Source of the DNA: Squalus acanthias
Lineage: Eukaryota
Reading direction: 5' to 3'
Assembly (NCBI GenBank): GCA_030390025.1
Contig: CM059432.1
Span: 77,440,001 to 77,504,000 of the forward strand
Length of the DNA stretch: 64,000 nt
Positions 26,846 through 40,317 of this stretch are shown here, piece after piece. The notes under the pieces are model-generated. The model was not told the DNA's origin. It did not search any database and was given only the letters and a program-made list of their open reading frames with translations. Each line of letters opens with the position of its first letter. Positions within the stretch are counted from its first letter, which is position 1. The position numbers and the translations under genes are program-made.

Positions 26846-27707
26846 GGAGGGGAATTTTAACTCCCAAAAACAGGTCATTTGGAACAGGTGGGATGTAAAA
26901 AAAATTTTAAATCTCAAACCCGAACCCAACCCGCATCAAACCCACCCACTTCCAGTTTTAACGGAGGCGGGATGGAGGGCGGGCAACCAACCCACTCCCA
27001 GGAGGTGGGTTGGTTATTTAAATATTTTAATGAGGCTGTGCACCTCAGATTTTATCTCTCTTCCAGGTTTAACCCTGGCCGGCCAGGTTTCCCGTGCCTC
27101 GGGAAACCCGACTGCTAAAGAGAAACGAGGACTGCTGCATGGAAGAGTTAAGTGCCTTTCCAGCACTGTGTGTGGGCCAGGACGAGCAGGTGTGCTTCTC
27201 CGAGCCCCCCAAGCTAACCTGTTTCACTCCCCGTAATCGGATCACTCCCTCACGATTGGACCCTCCCTCACGATCGGATCCCTGCCTGTGATCTGACCCC
27301 CCCATCCCTGCGATCGGATCACTCCCTCACGATCGGACCCTCCCTCATGATCGGATCCCTGCCTGTGATCTGACCCCCCCATCCCTGCGATCGGATCACT
27401 CCCCTGCAATCAGACCCTCCCTCATGATCGGATCCCTGCCTGTGATCTGACCCCCCCATCCCTGCGATCTGATCACTCCCTGCGACCTGACCTCCCCCTC
27501 CCTTGCAATCTCTCCCCCACCAGCACAATCTTACCTGCTCCTGGGCTGCGGCTTCTTCTGGAGAGTTCCCTACCTGACAGGGAGTCAAGCCTGTCAATCA
27601 GGATGGCTTCCAGGCGGGGATCCTGTTGAAAAAAACCACGCACACTGTGCAGTCAAAACTCCACAGTGTTGAAGAACTCCTCACCCAACTCCAGTAAAGA
27701 TCGGGGC
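26846..27707. mobile_element. Harbinger-type MITE (family D-related); second copy at 42237-43074
   Basis: Start ggaggggaattttaac is shared with 42237 and resembles the reverse complement of 39110-39168; internal colinearity between the two copies. Confidence 0.7.
27236..27495. repeat. 77-bp tandem repeat, about 3.3 copies, built of gatcgga-led subunits
   Basis: Unit starts at 27236, 27313, 27390 and 27467. Confidence 0.9.
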
Positions 27708-27920
27708 TCTTCTTTCAGGCACAGCAGGTTGTGATCACATTGATCTCCTACATAATTTTCTCCCATGTTTGCTCTGCCCCGTGTTTAGTGATGCATTGTG
27801 ATTTCTTCATGTGATCCCCAATAATCTGAAAGGCCCCATCAGTAAAATGCATCTTTCTATGCCTTACTCCCTCAATTAGCTCTCCAATTTGCACACACTA
27901 CAGCTGAATTGACACTGTGA

Positions 27921-28325
27921 AGCATAGAAGCATAGAAGATAGGAGCAGGAGTAGGCCATTCGGCCCCTCGAGCCTGCTCCGCCATTTAATGAGATCATGG
28001 CTGATCATCCAAATTCAGTACCCTGTCCCTGCTTTCTCCCCATATCCCTTGGTCCCTTTAGCCTTAAGAAATATATCTATCTCCTTCTTGAATATATTTA
28101 ATGAATTGGCCTCAACTGCCTTCTGTGGTCGAGAATTCCACAGGTTCACCACTCTCTGGGTGAAGAAATTCCTCCTCATCTCAGTCCTAAATGGCTTACC
28201 CCTTATCCTTAGACTGTGACCTCTGGTTCTGGACTCCCCCGCCATCGGGAACATCCTTCCTGCATCTAGTCTGTCGAGTCCTGTTAGAATTTTATAAGTT
28301 TCAATGAGATCCCCTCTCATTCTTC
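27921..28325 (-). mobile_element. CR1 3' fragment, same subfamily as 8197-8575
   Basis: ORF 28015..28320 RGDLIETYKILTGLDRLDAGRMFP; near-identical 3' UTR. Confidence 0.92.
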
Positions 28326-29924
28326 AGTGTTACATATAGTGCTTATGCGCTATTAGGTGAGTTAACGGGTAATTCAGCAGCATTATTGTAAGATTTTTCA
28401 GATAGGCTATTCAATTGTATGTTAGTTGTGGGTGCATCTTAGTTATAAGAACACACTCTGAGTAAACCTACATGTTAGTGTGCTTCAGCAAACAGGAGGG
28501 AAAAACCTTTCATTTAAAGCACAAACCATGCATTATGGCCTGACGCTCATTGTGTATACACTACAAAACAGTTAATGGGTGTTCTGTTAATGGAAACCCT
28601 CATTTGAGGAAAACATTTCCTCAGGCACTGTTAACCCTCACACATTCTACATTGGTTGCTTAATAGCAGCAATTGCATCAGAACATTTCACTTGCCACAG
28701 GTGTGTTTCTATTAAGAGGCTTCCTAATATTTGCTGGTCAGCCTGTGCCAAGTCTCAAAGCCATGATCAGAACAGTATGAAACAGATACATATACTACTG
28801 GGCCTCTCGAAGCTTGAATTCAGTTTGTTTTATAGCAAGTGAAATGCAGTTAAGTATCCAACTGCTGATTGTGAACTCAAGTGCTGTTTCTGTTAGCTAC
28901 CCCATACTGAGTGCAAATAGCCAGATAAAAGTTTGTTTACATGCACGCTACATAAGAACCATCTGCATATTTCTCCTAAAGGTACCTATTACAGTGTTAT
29001 TAATCCAATTTTTTTTAAAATTCAGTTTAAATACCAAACTTGTTTGCTTTTTATCTGCTCTGACGAGAGGATCATGCAAGCTGAAGACTGAAAATAAATA
29101 TGCCAGTACTTGTTTCATGTCATTAATCCCAATTGAAGAGGATTGCAGCAACTACTGTGCCTTATGAACATATTTCTTTCAAAATAATTGTAACAATTCA
29201 TGTGTAGTGTATGGCACATATATCTGAAAGCAAAGACAAACAGCACTGAACAGAAAGGTGAAAAAGATTGGCACTTGATCATATTGTCTGTAATGTGCTG
29301 TATATGCAGACGTCCTACATGTACTAATTAAATATGAGGCTTCATCTGCCTGGGGATGCGGCAGTTCTCAGCACAGACCAGGCCACATCCGTCCCAAGAG
29401 GAGGCAATGCTGCAGTGGGGCACTTTTTCATGGGCTACCTGCTTCAGCTCATCTAAGCAACAATGATAGCCATATGTGAAGCTGCAGGAAAACAGATGCT
29501 GTTTTTCCATTTGTGAAATCAAGTTGTTGGAAAATGGTCAGGTTTTCAATAGCCGAATGTCTGACAGGAAAACAAGGAGAAAGGGACTAAATATCTGACA
29601 TGAATTCTAGTTGCCAGTTTATGGGTTACTTGCACTGCTTGTATCAATTAATTTTTTTTTAAAAAACTTACTCTTGCTGCAGAGAGCCTCAGCCTTAATG
29701 AAGAACATTAATTTCTCTACATGTGTGCCTGTGGTCACATTACTGCTAATTACTGGGCATTCTCCTTCATCTGTTTCCAAGAAAGCCTCCTCTGGTTGGA
29801 GACAAGAAAAAATGTTTATGATGCTTTCGTTTTCTAATCAGCATAAATTAAATACATCAATCAGTGCAGTTTTAAATTAAAACTGCATTTGACAAACAAA
29901 TATATACATTTTACTTAAGATACT

Positions 29925-30648
29925 GAGAAGTGTCGAGGAACAGAGGGACCACAGCGTGTCCACCGATCCCTGAAGGTAGCAGGACAGGTAGATAAGGTGG
30001 TTAAGAAGGCATACAGGATACTTTCCTTTATTAGCTGAAGCATAGAATACAAGAGCAGGGAATTTATGCTTGAACTGTATAAAAAACTAGTTAGGCCACA
30101 GCTAGAGCACTGCATCCAGTTCTGGTCACCACATTACAGGAAAGATGTGATTGCGCTAGAGAGGGTACAGAGGAGATTTACGAGGATGTTGCCAGGACTG
30201 GAGAATTTTAGCTATGAGGAAAGATTGGATAGGCTGGAAATGTTTTCTTTGGAACAAAGGAGGCTGAGGGGAGACTTAATTGAGGTGTATAAAATTATAA
30301 GGGGCCTAGATAGAATGGATAGGAAGGACTCATTTCCCCTAGCAGAGAGGTCAATAACCAGGGGGCAGAGATTTAAAGTAATTGGTAAAAGGATTAGAGG
30401 GGAGTTGAGGAGAACTTTTTTCACCCAGAATGTGGTGGGGGTCTGGAACTCACTGCCTGAAAGGGTGGTAGAGTCAGAAACCCTCAGCACATTTAAAAAG
30501 TTCTTGGATATGCACTTGAAGTGCCGTAACCTACAAGGCTATGGACCAAGAGCTGGAAAGTGGGATTTGACTAGGTAGTTTTTTTTTGGCTGGCACAGAC
30601 AGGCTGAATGGCCTCCTTCTATGCCATAAATTTCTATGATTCTATGAT
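29925..30648 (+). mobile_element. CR1 3' fragment
   Basis: ORF 30066..30578 LVRPQLEHCIQFWSP...WNSLP; tail ttctatgattctatgatt. Confidence 0.92.
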
Positions 30649-31044
30649 TTCGGTGAATCAGAATTATTTAATAGGATGTCTACTCCCATTTCAGATATTA
30701 TGAGTACTTTAGTATGAGCCTGTTATAACTAACCATGATATTGTCTTACAAGTATATTAAAAGCATGGCATTGTGATAAATATTGTACCATGATAAAGAG
30801 AATGAGTAAACTTGGCTTGCTTTAGTGGTTCAGTTCAATTTAATCCAAGCCAACCCAAGGTCACTGAATGCAGTGCTAGAAGTGGGTTTCCAACGCATGT
30901 ATTTCTACTGTCCATACTATCTTTCCAGTCCCAACTCCACTCACTTGCTATCCCCAGTCATTGCACCCATCCAGATGTTTTCACAGTTTCAGCTTGTGTC
31001 TATGGCCATTTGGGCCAAACTTCCATCCATGGTTATGTTCCAAC

Positions 31045-31300
31045 TTTTCACAAAGGGAATTGGATAAATACTTGAAGGGAACAAAATTACAGGATTATAG
31101 GGAAAGAGCAGGGGAGTGGGACTAATTGGACAGCTCTACCAAAGAGCCAGCACAAGCACGATGGGCCAGATGGCCTCCTTTTTTAAAAATTTGTATACGG
31201 GATGTGGGTATCGCTGGCAAGGCCAGCATTTATTGCCCATCCCTAATTGCCCTCGAGAAGGTGGTGGTGAGCCGCCTTCTTGAACCGCTGCAGTCCGTGT
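31045..31300. mobile_element. CR1 3' tail (+) abutting a 3' end (-) of the 53923-type LINE
   Basis: 31055-31178 resembles 24395-24513; 31199-31297 resembles 53931-54021. Confidence 0.65.
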
Positions 31301-33074
31301 GTAAAATTGAGCAAATGGCCCTTACATTTTAGATGTAACAAATTGCAATGTCTATGGCCCCAAAATTCCAGGAGTCCTGCTACTTTGGTGGAAGTGTGGT
31401 GGAGTGGACCTCTTGGCCACCCATGAAGAAAGAATCGGCTTATAACCCAAATGGCAAGGCAATCGGAGGGGTACCATGATTCTCCAGTTGCTGATCGAAA
31501 GCTTGGGAACGGCCGTAGAGAAACAACACAGCTTTTTCAAAAAATGATCCTAAGGGAGAATAGTGCCACTTAGGAAATGCAGTTGATCCACACTCAGATA
31601 GATTATCTTTGTCTGCAAAACATTTAGGGCCTTTTCAAGGATCTCAACAGAACTCCCACCTATACGCAGCTGGCAAGAGTTCTGTAGAGGTCTGAGAAGT
31701 GCGTAATAGGCAGAATTTCCAGGATAGCCTGGGAACTCCCCAGACACACCCCATAGACATGGGAGGGGTTGGCGGAACACTCGCCCACTCCTGCCCACCC
31801 CCCACCCCCCCAACAATTTCCTGGGCTTCTTAGAGGGTTACTAATTATACAAGTTGACTTCCTAACTCATTTTCTCACTCAGGCAAAGTGCTTCATTTTC
31901 CCTTGACACTTCAGTAGATAACAGTTGGCTAGGGTCAGATGTCCGCTTTTGCTAATTACTGTATGATGCAGTGTTTCAGCACACGAACTGAAAGTGGTAA
32001 GATTCTGGATTACATATGCGATCCCTTTCATAGTGAGTTTTCAATCCTCACTAGGTTGTCAGGTGAGGTACCAAGCAGATGTTATATGCTACCCCACAGA
32101 GACTGAAGAAAAATCAAAGGCAAGTCACCTATTTCATTCTCCTGAGACAACTGAATAGGCAAAAGCCTGTAAGATGGTTATCCGTTAGCCAGTTGACCAG
32201 AGATGGTGCATGACATAGGGAAACGAGGAGAAATATAAGGGTAGGTTCCACGCTCTCGTGCTGCCAGCAGGAAGCAACACTTGAAAGGATTCAGAGAGAG
32301 GGCTACAACACTGTAACATTGATTCATCGACCATTTGAGCGTAGGTTCCCAACGGGAGTGCTGGAGCTCTCAATTTTCCCTATAAAATAAAAGTGCTTTG
32401 GCTTTGCTGAACTTTAACCTAGCACCCTAGCATGGGCACTCCTATTGGATGAAATTATCTGAGACACAGTGATTGCAGTACACACTTCATACCAGCACCA
32501 AAATGTACTGGAGCTTCCACAAACTGATTGCACCATGTGCTAAGGCACAAATTTTACACCATGGGGTAAAAATTCAGTTGGTTGCGCCTCCCGTTAGCGC
32601 CTTAAGAGGGCGCTAATGGGGCGCAAAGCCGCTAGCACCCGGGCGCAGCGATGTTTGCGCCGCTCGGGAACTTAACTAGACATTGTGCGGCGGCGCTAAA
32701 CCTTACCGCTGCGACCACCTGCGCGCGCAGATTGTGACGTCATTCCATGGTGCAACGCCCTTGTGGCGCCCCGGAGCGGAAATTGAGTGGCGCCCCCTGC
32801 TTTACCGCCTGGCGCATCCAACGACCGGAAGACTGGAACGCTATCAATCGCTGTGGGGCTGGGGGGGGGCGCTATTTAAAGGGGGCCTCTTCCTGTCTTT
32901 TTCTGTGGTTGACATTTTTGCACCACTCGTTCTGAGAGAGAGAGAGAGATTCGGAGAGAGAGAAAGAGAGACTTCTGCATTGAGTCAACGCTTTGTGAGG
33001 TAGTTTTGCCTACTGATCCTAACTTCGCTGCTACTTTGGTTGCTGTCCTTCATAACTTTGCTTGCAAAGAGACT

Positions 33075-34259
33075 ATGGGGGCTGCACTGATTGGGGGCGT
33101 CGTCCTGCTCCAGCTGAATCGGAGGACACAGAGACGCAGAGAGAGAGTGGCAATGATGGCCAGACGGAGGAGGGCCAACAGGCGTATGTACAGGAGAGCT
33201 TACCCTCCCAGGGTATATCGTGAACAGCTCTCCTACATTCATATGTCTGAGGAGCTGTGTTTGCGAAGGCTGCGATTCAGCAAGGAGGTGGTCACTGAGC
33301 TCTGCCACCTGCTGCAGCCAGATCTGCAGCCTCAACTGAGGTCCAGGACGTCTCTGTCGGTGGCAGTGAAGGTCACAGTGGCTCTCAACTTCTATGCTAC
33401 TGGCTCATTTAAAGCTGCTGCTGGGGACCTCGCCAATATCTCCCAGTTCGCGGTGCATTGCTGCATCCGGCAGGTCACAAATGCCCTCTTTAAAAGGAGA
33501 CGAGAGTTCATCTCTTTCCCCATGACCCCAGACAAGCAGCGTGACCGCGCTCTGGGCTTTGCGAGGATAGCGGGCTTCCCCATGGTGCAGGGCGCCATTG
33601 ACTGCACGCATGTGGCTTTGCGTGCTCCACATGAGAATGCCGAGGAATTCCGGAACAGAAAGGGGTTCCATTCCTTGAATGTTCAGTTGGTCTGTGACCA
33701 CAGACAGCTGATACTCGCTGTCAATGCCCACTATCCTGGCAGCTGCCACGATGCTTTCATCCTGCGCCAGACTACTGTGGCAGAACTTTTCGAGGCACCG
33801 CATCAGCCAGTTGGTTGGCTTCTCAGGGACAAGGGGTATCCATTGAGCACCTGGCTGATGACACCGCTCCGTACGCCCAACACCCCTGCTGAGCTGCGGT
33901 ACAATGAGAGCCATCAAGCTACCAGGAACATCATTGAGCGCACAATCGGCGTGCTGAAGTAACGGTTCCGCTGTCTCGACCATTCTGGAGGAGCCCTGCA
34001 GTACTCGCCTGAGCGAGTATCCAACTTCGTAGTTGTGTGCTGCATGTTGCATAACATGGCAATCGTCAGGACCCAGCCAATGCCACCAGGCCTTGGAGCA
34101 CCACCAGAGGAGGAGGAGGAAGAGGAGGAAGAGGACGAGGAGGATGATCATCAGCAGCACCAAGGCGGGAGGGCGGCCCACAATGGTGAAACTGCAAGGG
34201 CCGTCTGTCAACGGCTGATAGCAAGCCGCTGCTGTGGAAATGGCTTCTGCCATTGCTAA
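33075..34259 (+). pseudogene. Harbinger (HARBI1-like, DDE_Tnp_4) transposase with one in-frame stop at 33960-33962
   Basis: [41 protein letters not shown] and RNIIERTIGVLK*RFRCLD; the same frame continues through CCMLHN to 34259. Confidence 0.93.
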
Positions 34260-34536
34260 CAACATCAATGAACCCAGCACGCAACCCCTAAGCCGGCCAA
34301 GGCACCAATGATTCCAAACACCAAACATGTATATTTTGAATACAAAAACTTATTTATTTTACAAACTCTGTGTGTGTCATTTCCTCATGACAAACTCATA
34401 GAAATAAACACAAAAAAACAGTCATTAACATAACTGGTTCTCACAACCTGGAGATAATGTCCAAAACACTAGACAAAAGTTGGACCACGAACCTCGGCCT
34501 TTAATAAAAAAAATGACCAGCATTTTGTCACACCTC

Positions 34537-36780
34537 CTACTTTTTGCCCTTCGAGGGTGATCTCCTTCCCTTGCGCACTTCCCCCCTTCTAACCCTACTG
34601 CTCCTCCGTAATGGGACCTCAGTGGCTGCAGCAAGGCTGGTGGAAGGCTGCTGATCGTCAGACCCTGACACTGCAGATGCCCCTGAAGGACGGCCTCGAC
34701 CAGTTCTGGGCCTGGAGGGCCCGGCTGCAGACTGCACCAACTCTGCATGGGCGGCAGCAGTCTGTCCTACAGGCGGTGGCAAGTGCAGTGGAGAAGTGAC
34801 AGTGTTGGCAGCAGGAATGCTGTCATCGTGAGAGAGGACAGCAACTCCCTGCTCGCCCAACACACTGGCACTCCCACGGGGCAGCACTTCAGCATCCGGA
34901 GCAATCTGCTGGAGCACAGATTGCTGGCCTGCTGCGGCGCGGTGAGAGCCCCGGGGACATGTGAACGAACATAGAAACATAGAAACATAGAATCTAGGAG
35001 CAGGAGTAGGCCATTCGGCCCGTCGAGCCTGCTCCACCATTCAATACGATCATGGCTGATCATCCAAATCCAGTACCCTGTCTCTGCTTTAATCCCCACA
35101 GTACACATATCCCACCCTACCCCCGTAACCCCACGTATTTAATTCCCCCTAACATATCCCATCACCCCACATATTTAATCCCCCCCTAACACTAAGGGTC
35201 AATTTATCATAGCCAAATCAACCTAACCCGCACATTTTTTGACTGTGGGAGGAAACCGGAGCACCCGGAGGAAACCCACGCAGACACGGGGAGAATGTGC
35301 AAACTCCACACAGACAGTCACCCGAGGTCAGATTCGAACCCGGGTCCCTGGCGCTGTGAGGCACCAGTGCTAACCACTATGCCACCGTGTTGCCCTATCG
35401 AGGTTGGCAGCAGTCAGTGCTCGCGTGGCCTCAATCTGAGTCTGCATGAGAGCAGTCAGAGATGGGATCACGGCAGTCAGTGACTGAATTGCAGCACTAA
35501 GCGTTAGTGTGGCATCCGCCTGTGCTACAGCGAAGTGCTCCACACTCCTTGCCAGTGACTCAATGCATTCGGGCACCCTTCCCACTGCACCCATGAGCTC
35601 AGTGTGCATGCCCACCGCCTGGGTGTTCATTTCTGCGATCAGCCGCTCCTCCTCTGCGTCCATTGCAGTAGGAGTCTCTGGCATACTCTCCCTCTGGGGA
35701 GAAGGCCCCCGTTCTTCCCTACCCCCATGGCGTTGCTGCAGCCCGCTGGGTCCTGGAGCTTCACCCTCATCAGACCCTTCCCCCCTGCTCCCCTCCAGGG
35801 AAGGCGTGTTCCCAGTGTGGGCATGGGCTTCCTCGGGAGAGGGTGGCACTGATGCTCCGGCTTCCTCTTCCTCCTCGGCTGCAGCTTCACTCCCACTGGC
35901 AGCTTCAGGGCCCGTCTCCTCAGCTGGTGAATCACCATCTGAAAGCAGGGAGGTACAAGAGTGGCTTTAGCGTGAGGACAGACTGGCAGCAAGGGAGGAA
36001 TAAGTGCAGCGAGTTAGCAAGTTGGATTGAAAGTGTCAAAGGCTGGTGTTGTGAGGGACAAGTGGAAGGACAGAGGACAAAAAGGTGATGACCTTACCAT
36101 TGCTGTCCAGAACGGGGTCGGCGTCTCCAGTGGCGACGGGACCAATCACCCGGCTTGCCACAATCCTGTGGACGCGCTCCTCAAGATCGCTGAGGGGTTG
36201 CAGCTGAGGCCGCCCTCCACCTGTCCGTTGCTGCTGTCTCCTATTATGCGCCAGCTTGGCCTGCAAGAAAAAGGACAGCATCTGAGTAAATATACAGCCA
36301 TGGTCTTGCCTGATGTCCTCCCATAGGTGAATAGCCCTTACTGTATACAGCCATGGTCTTGCCTGATGTGCCTCCCATAGGTGAATAGCCCTTACTGTAT
36401 GCAAAGTGTGGAATGTGTGTGTGTGTTTCATGAAAGGGCCATAGGTGTTGGATGAGTGTTGTGCATTGGGGTTTTAAGACCCTCTGGCCATAGAGTGAGG
36501 TTGAGATGGAGGGATGGAGAGGTATTGAGAAAAAGCCACTCACCCTGACGACCCGAGTGAGGTCGTTGAACTTTTTGCGGCATTGAACATGGGTCCTGGG
36601 CACCATGCTCCTGGAGGAGACGCTCTGAGCCACCTCCCTCCACACTCTTCTGTACTCGTGTGGCAAAGGCCTCCTGCCACTCTCAGGGAAGAGTATACAT
36701 CTTCTGCGCTCCACCGCGCCAACCAGAGCATCCAAGGCCCGCTTGGTGAAGCACTGAGCTCGTTCTCTCACCCTCTCCAT
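34537..36780 (-). pseudogene. Harbinger Myb/SANT-like protein, 3 exons (36780-36544, 36260-36098, 35938-34537); exon 3 interrupted by a SINE
   Basis: RERAQCFTKRALDALV...W...RTHVQCRKKFNDL; AKLAHNRRQQQRTGGGRP; GT-AG junctions preserve frame (phase 0 then 1). Confidence 0.88.
34969..35395 (-). mobile_element. Full-length V-domain (HE1-like) SINE with CR1-derived tail
   Basis: Head gggcaacacggtggcatagtggttagcac; B box gggttcgaatc; V domain; tail nearly identical to 8576-8692. Confidence 0.9.
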
Positions 36781-37322
36781 CCTTGGCAGCAAAATGGATT
36801 CACAGGTCTCTCCAGGCCGAGATTCAAGGCTGCAATGAGCAGGGTGTGGCTGCGGAGCAAGTTGGCCCCCCCCGCTTTAAGAACTGGCCGGCGCCAGTGT
36901 GTCTGTGTTCCCTCGCTAACTGGCAGCACCTGCGCTGCGCTCGCGCGCTGAGTTAGCGCCTCACTGCTCGGCCTTTGCGCCTTAAGACAGGTGTGCAGCG
37001 CCTGACTTAGCGCTCCACTCACCTCCCGGGGCGGTAAAAGTGAAGTTTCCAGTCAGTGGCGATAATTAGCGCCAGGCGCTAATATTTGCGTCCAGACGAT
37101 ATTTACGCCCCAAACGGGGCGCGACCTAATTTTTCCCCCCATGTGTCTTAACTCAGAGGTATTTTTTAGGGCAGCAGGTGTCATAGCTGCGACCCTCAGG
37201 CCATATGCAGTCTCAAACACTGTCAATCTGGCTCTCACAGCACAAGAAACGTAGTCCTAATTGCATTTATACTTTGCATTTTCTCATCCGTCCTGTTTGA
37301 ATTTTGTATACTTGGACATTTG

Positions 37323-39168
37323 GGCTGTAATTTTCACTGTCCGATGCGCTGGCAACGGGTGAGCCATGTAGCGTGTGGGGAACCCGAAAGTTTCAGCAGT
37401 GCATTCGTCAGTGGCTTTTTAACGAAGCCACTGCATTAGCATCTGACTTTCGGGTTTCCTGACCAATTAACGCGAGTGGGCGTGATGACAACACGCATGG
37501 GTCTATTTCAGCTGAAATATTTAGAGGGACTCTGCAAAGATGAAGATTGAAGGATTGTCCAGGTGGGGGAACGGAGGAAGAAACTGTATTAATGGACTCC
37601 CAACATGGCAAGGCTGCACCTCGCTTAAATGATGACTCCCTGGAGCTGATGTTGTGTTCTGTCAGAGCCCGCAGGAAGATTCTCTTCCCAAGCCAACTCC
37701 AGAACATCTCTCCTCATATGTACTTACCTTGCAGGTGCACCCATTTCTATCTGTCCAGGCACCTAAAGCGCATCTTCAGCATTCCGATTACTTGCGCGAT
37801 GACAGTTCTTGTGGTTATGTGGCTTTGATTGTCTCTCTCCTGGGCCTCATTGTTAGGGCTCCTAACAGGTGTCTTCAGCCAGGGGGTAGCCCTTATCTCC
37901 AAGGAGCCAGCCGCTAATTCTGCTTCGATGTCCGAAGAGCTCTGGAAGGGTGGACTGGCGAAGGATGAAAGCATCATGGCAGCTGCCTGGGAATCTTGCA
38001 CACACCTGCATGATGATCTTTTTGTGGTTGCAGATGAGCTGCACATTGATGGAGTGGAAGCCCTTGGGGTTGATGAAGACTCCAGGGTGATTTGAGGGGC
38101 ACCTTGAGTGCCACATGTGTGCAATCAATGACTCCCTGGACCTGTAGGAAGCCAGACAAGGCCGCAAAGCCGCGCGCCCACTCATTCTGGTTGGCCCCAT
38201 CGGTTGCAAAGTGCACATAATTGCCAGGCCTGGCAAACATGGCATCGGTCACCTGAGTGATGCATTTGTGGGCAGCAGATTGCAAGATTCTGCAGCTAGC
38301 TCCTGCACATCCCTGGAAGGAGCCTGAGGCGAAGAAATTGAGGCTGGTGGTGATTTTGGCAGCCACTGACAAAGTGTGCCCACCAGGTCCACTTGGCAGA
38401 AGGTCTTCTTCCGGGAGGGTGCAAATGTCTGCGACCATCTGATGTGATGCCCTGAGCCTCCTGAGGCACTGGTATTCCGACATGTCCAGGAAGCTGATCC
38501 TCTGCCGATACACCTGTGTGCTTATCCCCTCTCTCCTGTGGAGTGGCAGGTTGGTGAGGGGAAGGCTACTGCTGCTGGTGCTGGTGCTGTTGCTGCTGAT
38601 GCTCATATTGGTCCTCATCTGAGGTCCAAGGTAAAGCTGCATAACTGGCACCCACGCTGAACTGATGCTTGACAGATGGAAAGTGTAGATCAGACTTACA
38701 AAAATCCAAGGTAGCAGAAATGACCTCCAACGTAGTGGAAATCAGCTGCAAATTAGTGACAGCACACTCTCCAGAAGCCTTTCACTTAGGCAAGGAAGTA
38801 GGTGTGAGGTCTGAGTACTTATAGAATTGTTTGCCTGTCATTTGGTCAGCCCTCTCAATTTGCGCTGTCATCTCACCTTGCTTTCACTGGAGAGTTCCAG
38901 GAAGCCCGGTAAACCTGTACACTCAGAGTTAAAGCTCAAATCTGTAGTTAGAACAGCTCCTAATTGCCTCTTAACAGCTCCGAATTGCCTCATTCAATTG
39001 CCAGCCCGCCTTTCCCATGGGGGTTTCTCGCACGCAGCCAAAAGCGCTGCAGTTAAAAGCGGAAGTCGGCGGGTTCAAGCTGGCTCCCCGACCCCCTGTC
39101 AGTTTCATCCCTTTTAACCACCCACCCGCTCCCAAACACACTCACTCTTTTAGGTAAAAACTCCCCCC
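37323..39168. mobile_element. Harbinger element (family D), central deletion joining the Myb 5' part to the transposase 3' part
   Basis: Imperfect TIRs ggctgtaattttcac / gtaaaaactcccccc; TSD TTG; Myb start MDSQHGKAAPRLNDDSLELML at 37592 (+). Confidence 0.8.
37747..38651 (-). pseudogene. Frameshifted Harbinger transposase
   Basis: [40 protein letters not shown] and IGMLKMRFRCLDR spread over three frames. Confidence 0.9.
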
Positions 39169-40317
39169 TTGGAAAAAGATGTTCCAGTGCATTGCCTCAT
39201 TGGTGGAAAATCCCAAATCAGAGCACTTCGATCTTTGAGTATTAGCAACACAAGATATATGCAAATGATGGAAACATCCTCCATGATATGCATCGATGCA
39301 GCCCATACAAGCAGCCAGTATTAGAGTCTGATATAATAATGTTTAAAATGTTATTTTCTATCTTTCTGACAGCCTTCCCATTTTGAGAGGCTCCAGAGTA
39401 ACTCTGTGGATCAACTGTGAAACACAACATCTCCTCCACTTTTTGTATTTTGAACAGATGAAGAAATAAAAGAATTAATATAACAATCATAGATTAATTG
39501 AGCAAAATAAGTCATTCATGCGTGGATTTTAATACAATTATTGCATTCTGTATTTAACTAGGTATGTGGTCTTCTAAGAATTAGGTTATTATTACACAAA
39601 GGATGACATCCAGTTTAGTATTCTGTAGTTTGATAGCAATAGAGATCATTATTTATAATGAAAAAATGCTCTACATTAATCATTAATTACATATTTTGCA
39701 AAGTAATTTATATTCCACTCAATGGGTGAATAGGAAACACAGCACAAACAGCATTATTTCATCCATTTTAGAAACACAATTAAATATTTTATTAATAGTT
39801 TCATTTTAGTCCATCAGAAGGCTGATTTTAATAAATGAATATCCTAATAATTTACCACATGAGGCATTCATAACTGTTACATATTTTCATAGTCCCTCGT
39901 GAAATTGTGTTATGTTTAATTCAAGAGTATCAATTCTAAACCAAATTGTTAGAATGAAAGTAACACTTCTGTTCCAACATACCCTAAGGCTTGAAGTAAG
40001 GAATAAAAAAGACCATTTAAATTGCAGTGCAGCCAAAGTTTTAGAAGAAAATAAATTATTCTATAAAATTGACCTGTTCAATTGTACATTTACATTATTT
40101 GACATCTTCACTCCAATCACTGAATATGTTGTTCACTGCATGGTTGTCTGGAAGGTTCATTACCATGAATATCTGATTTACTAAGAATGACTATTACCAA
40201 ATACAGTTATGGTAAGTGGAACAGCATGCACTGGGATACAGATAGAACCCCAAGATGGCACCTCCAAAGAAGAGAAGGGACAGCTACAGAGAGTCGCAAC
40301 ATTCAAAGAATATGTGA

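Larger units (their letters stand above)
32563..37139. mobile_element. Near-complete PIF/Harbinger transposon (family B) with convergent transposase and Myb/SANT genes
   Basis: TIRs ggggtaaaaatt / aatttttccccc; TSD CAT; both genes present. Confidence 0.93.

Noticed and set aside
27236..27495. CRISPR-like periodicity (also 46519-46677)
   Set aside because: Contiguous tandem units with no unique spacers, in a eukaryotic context.
33075..34259. Domesticated host HARBI1 gene
   Set aside because: It lies inside TIRs and a TSD with a Myb partner, and has a premature stop; it is a transposon copy.
33405..34328. 307-aa antisense ORF with apparent TM segment
   Set aside because: Shadow of the transposase; the hydrophobic run is the antisense of a GAG/GAA repeat.
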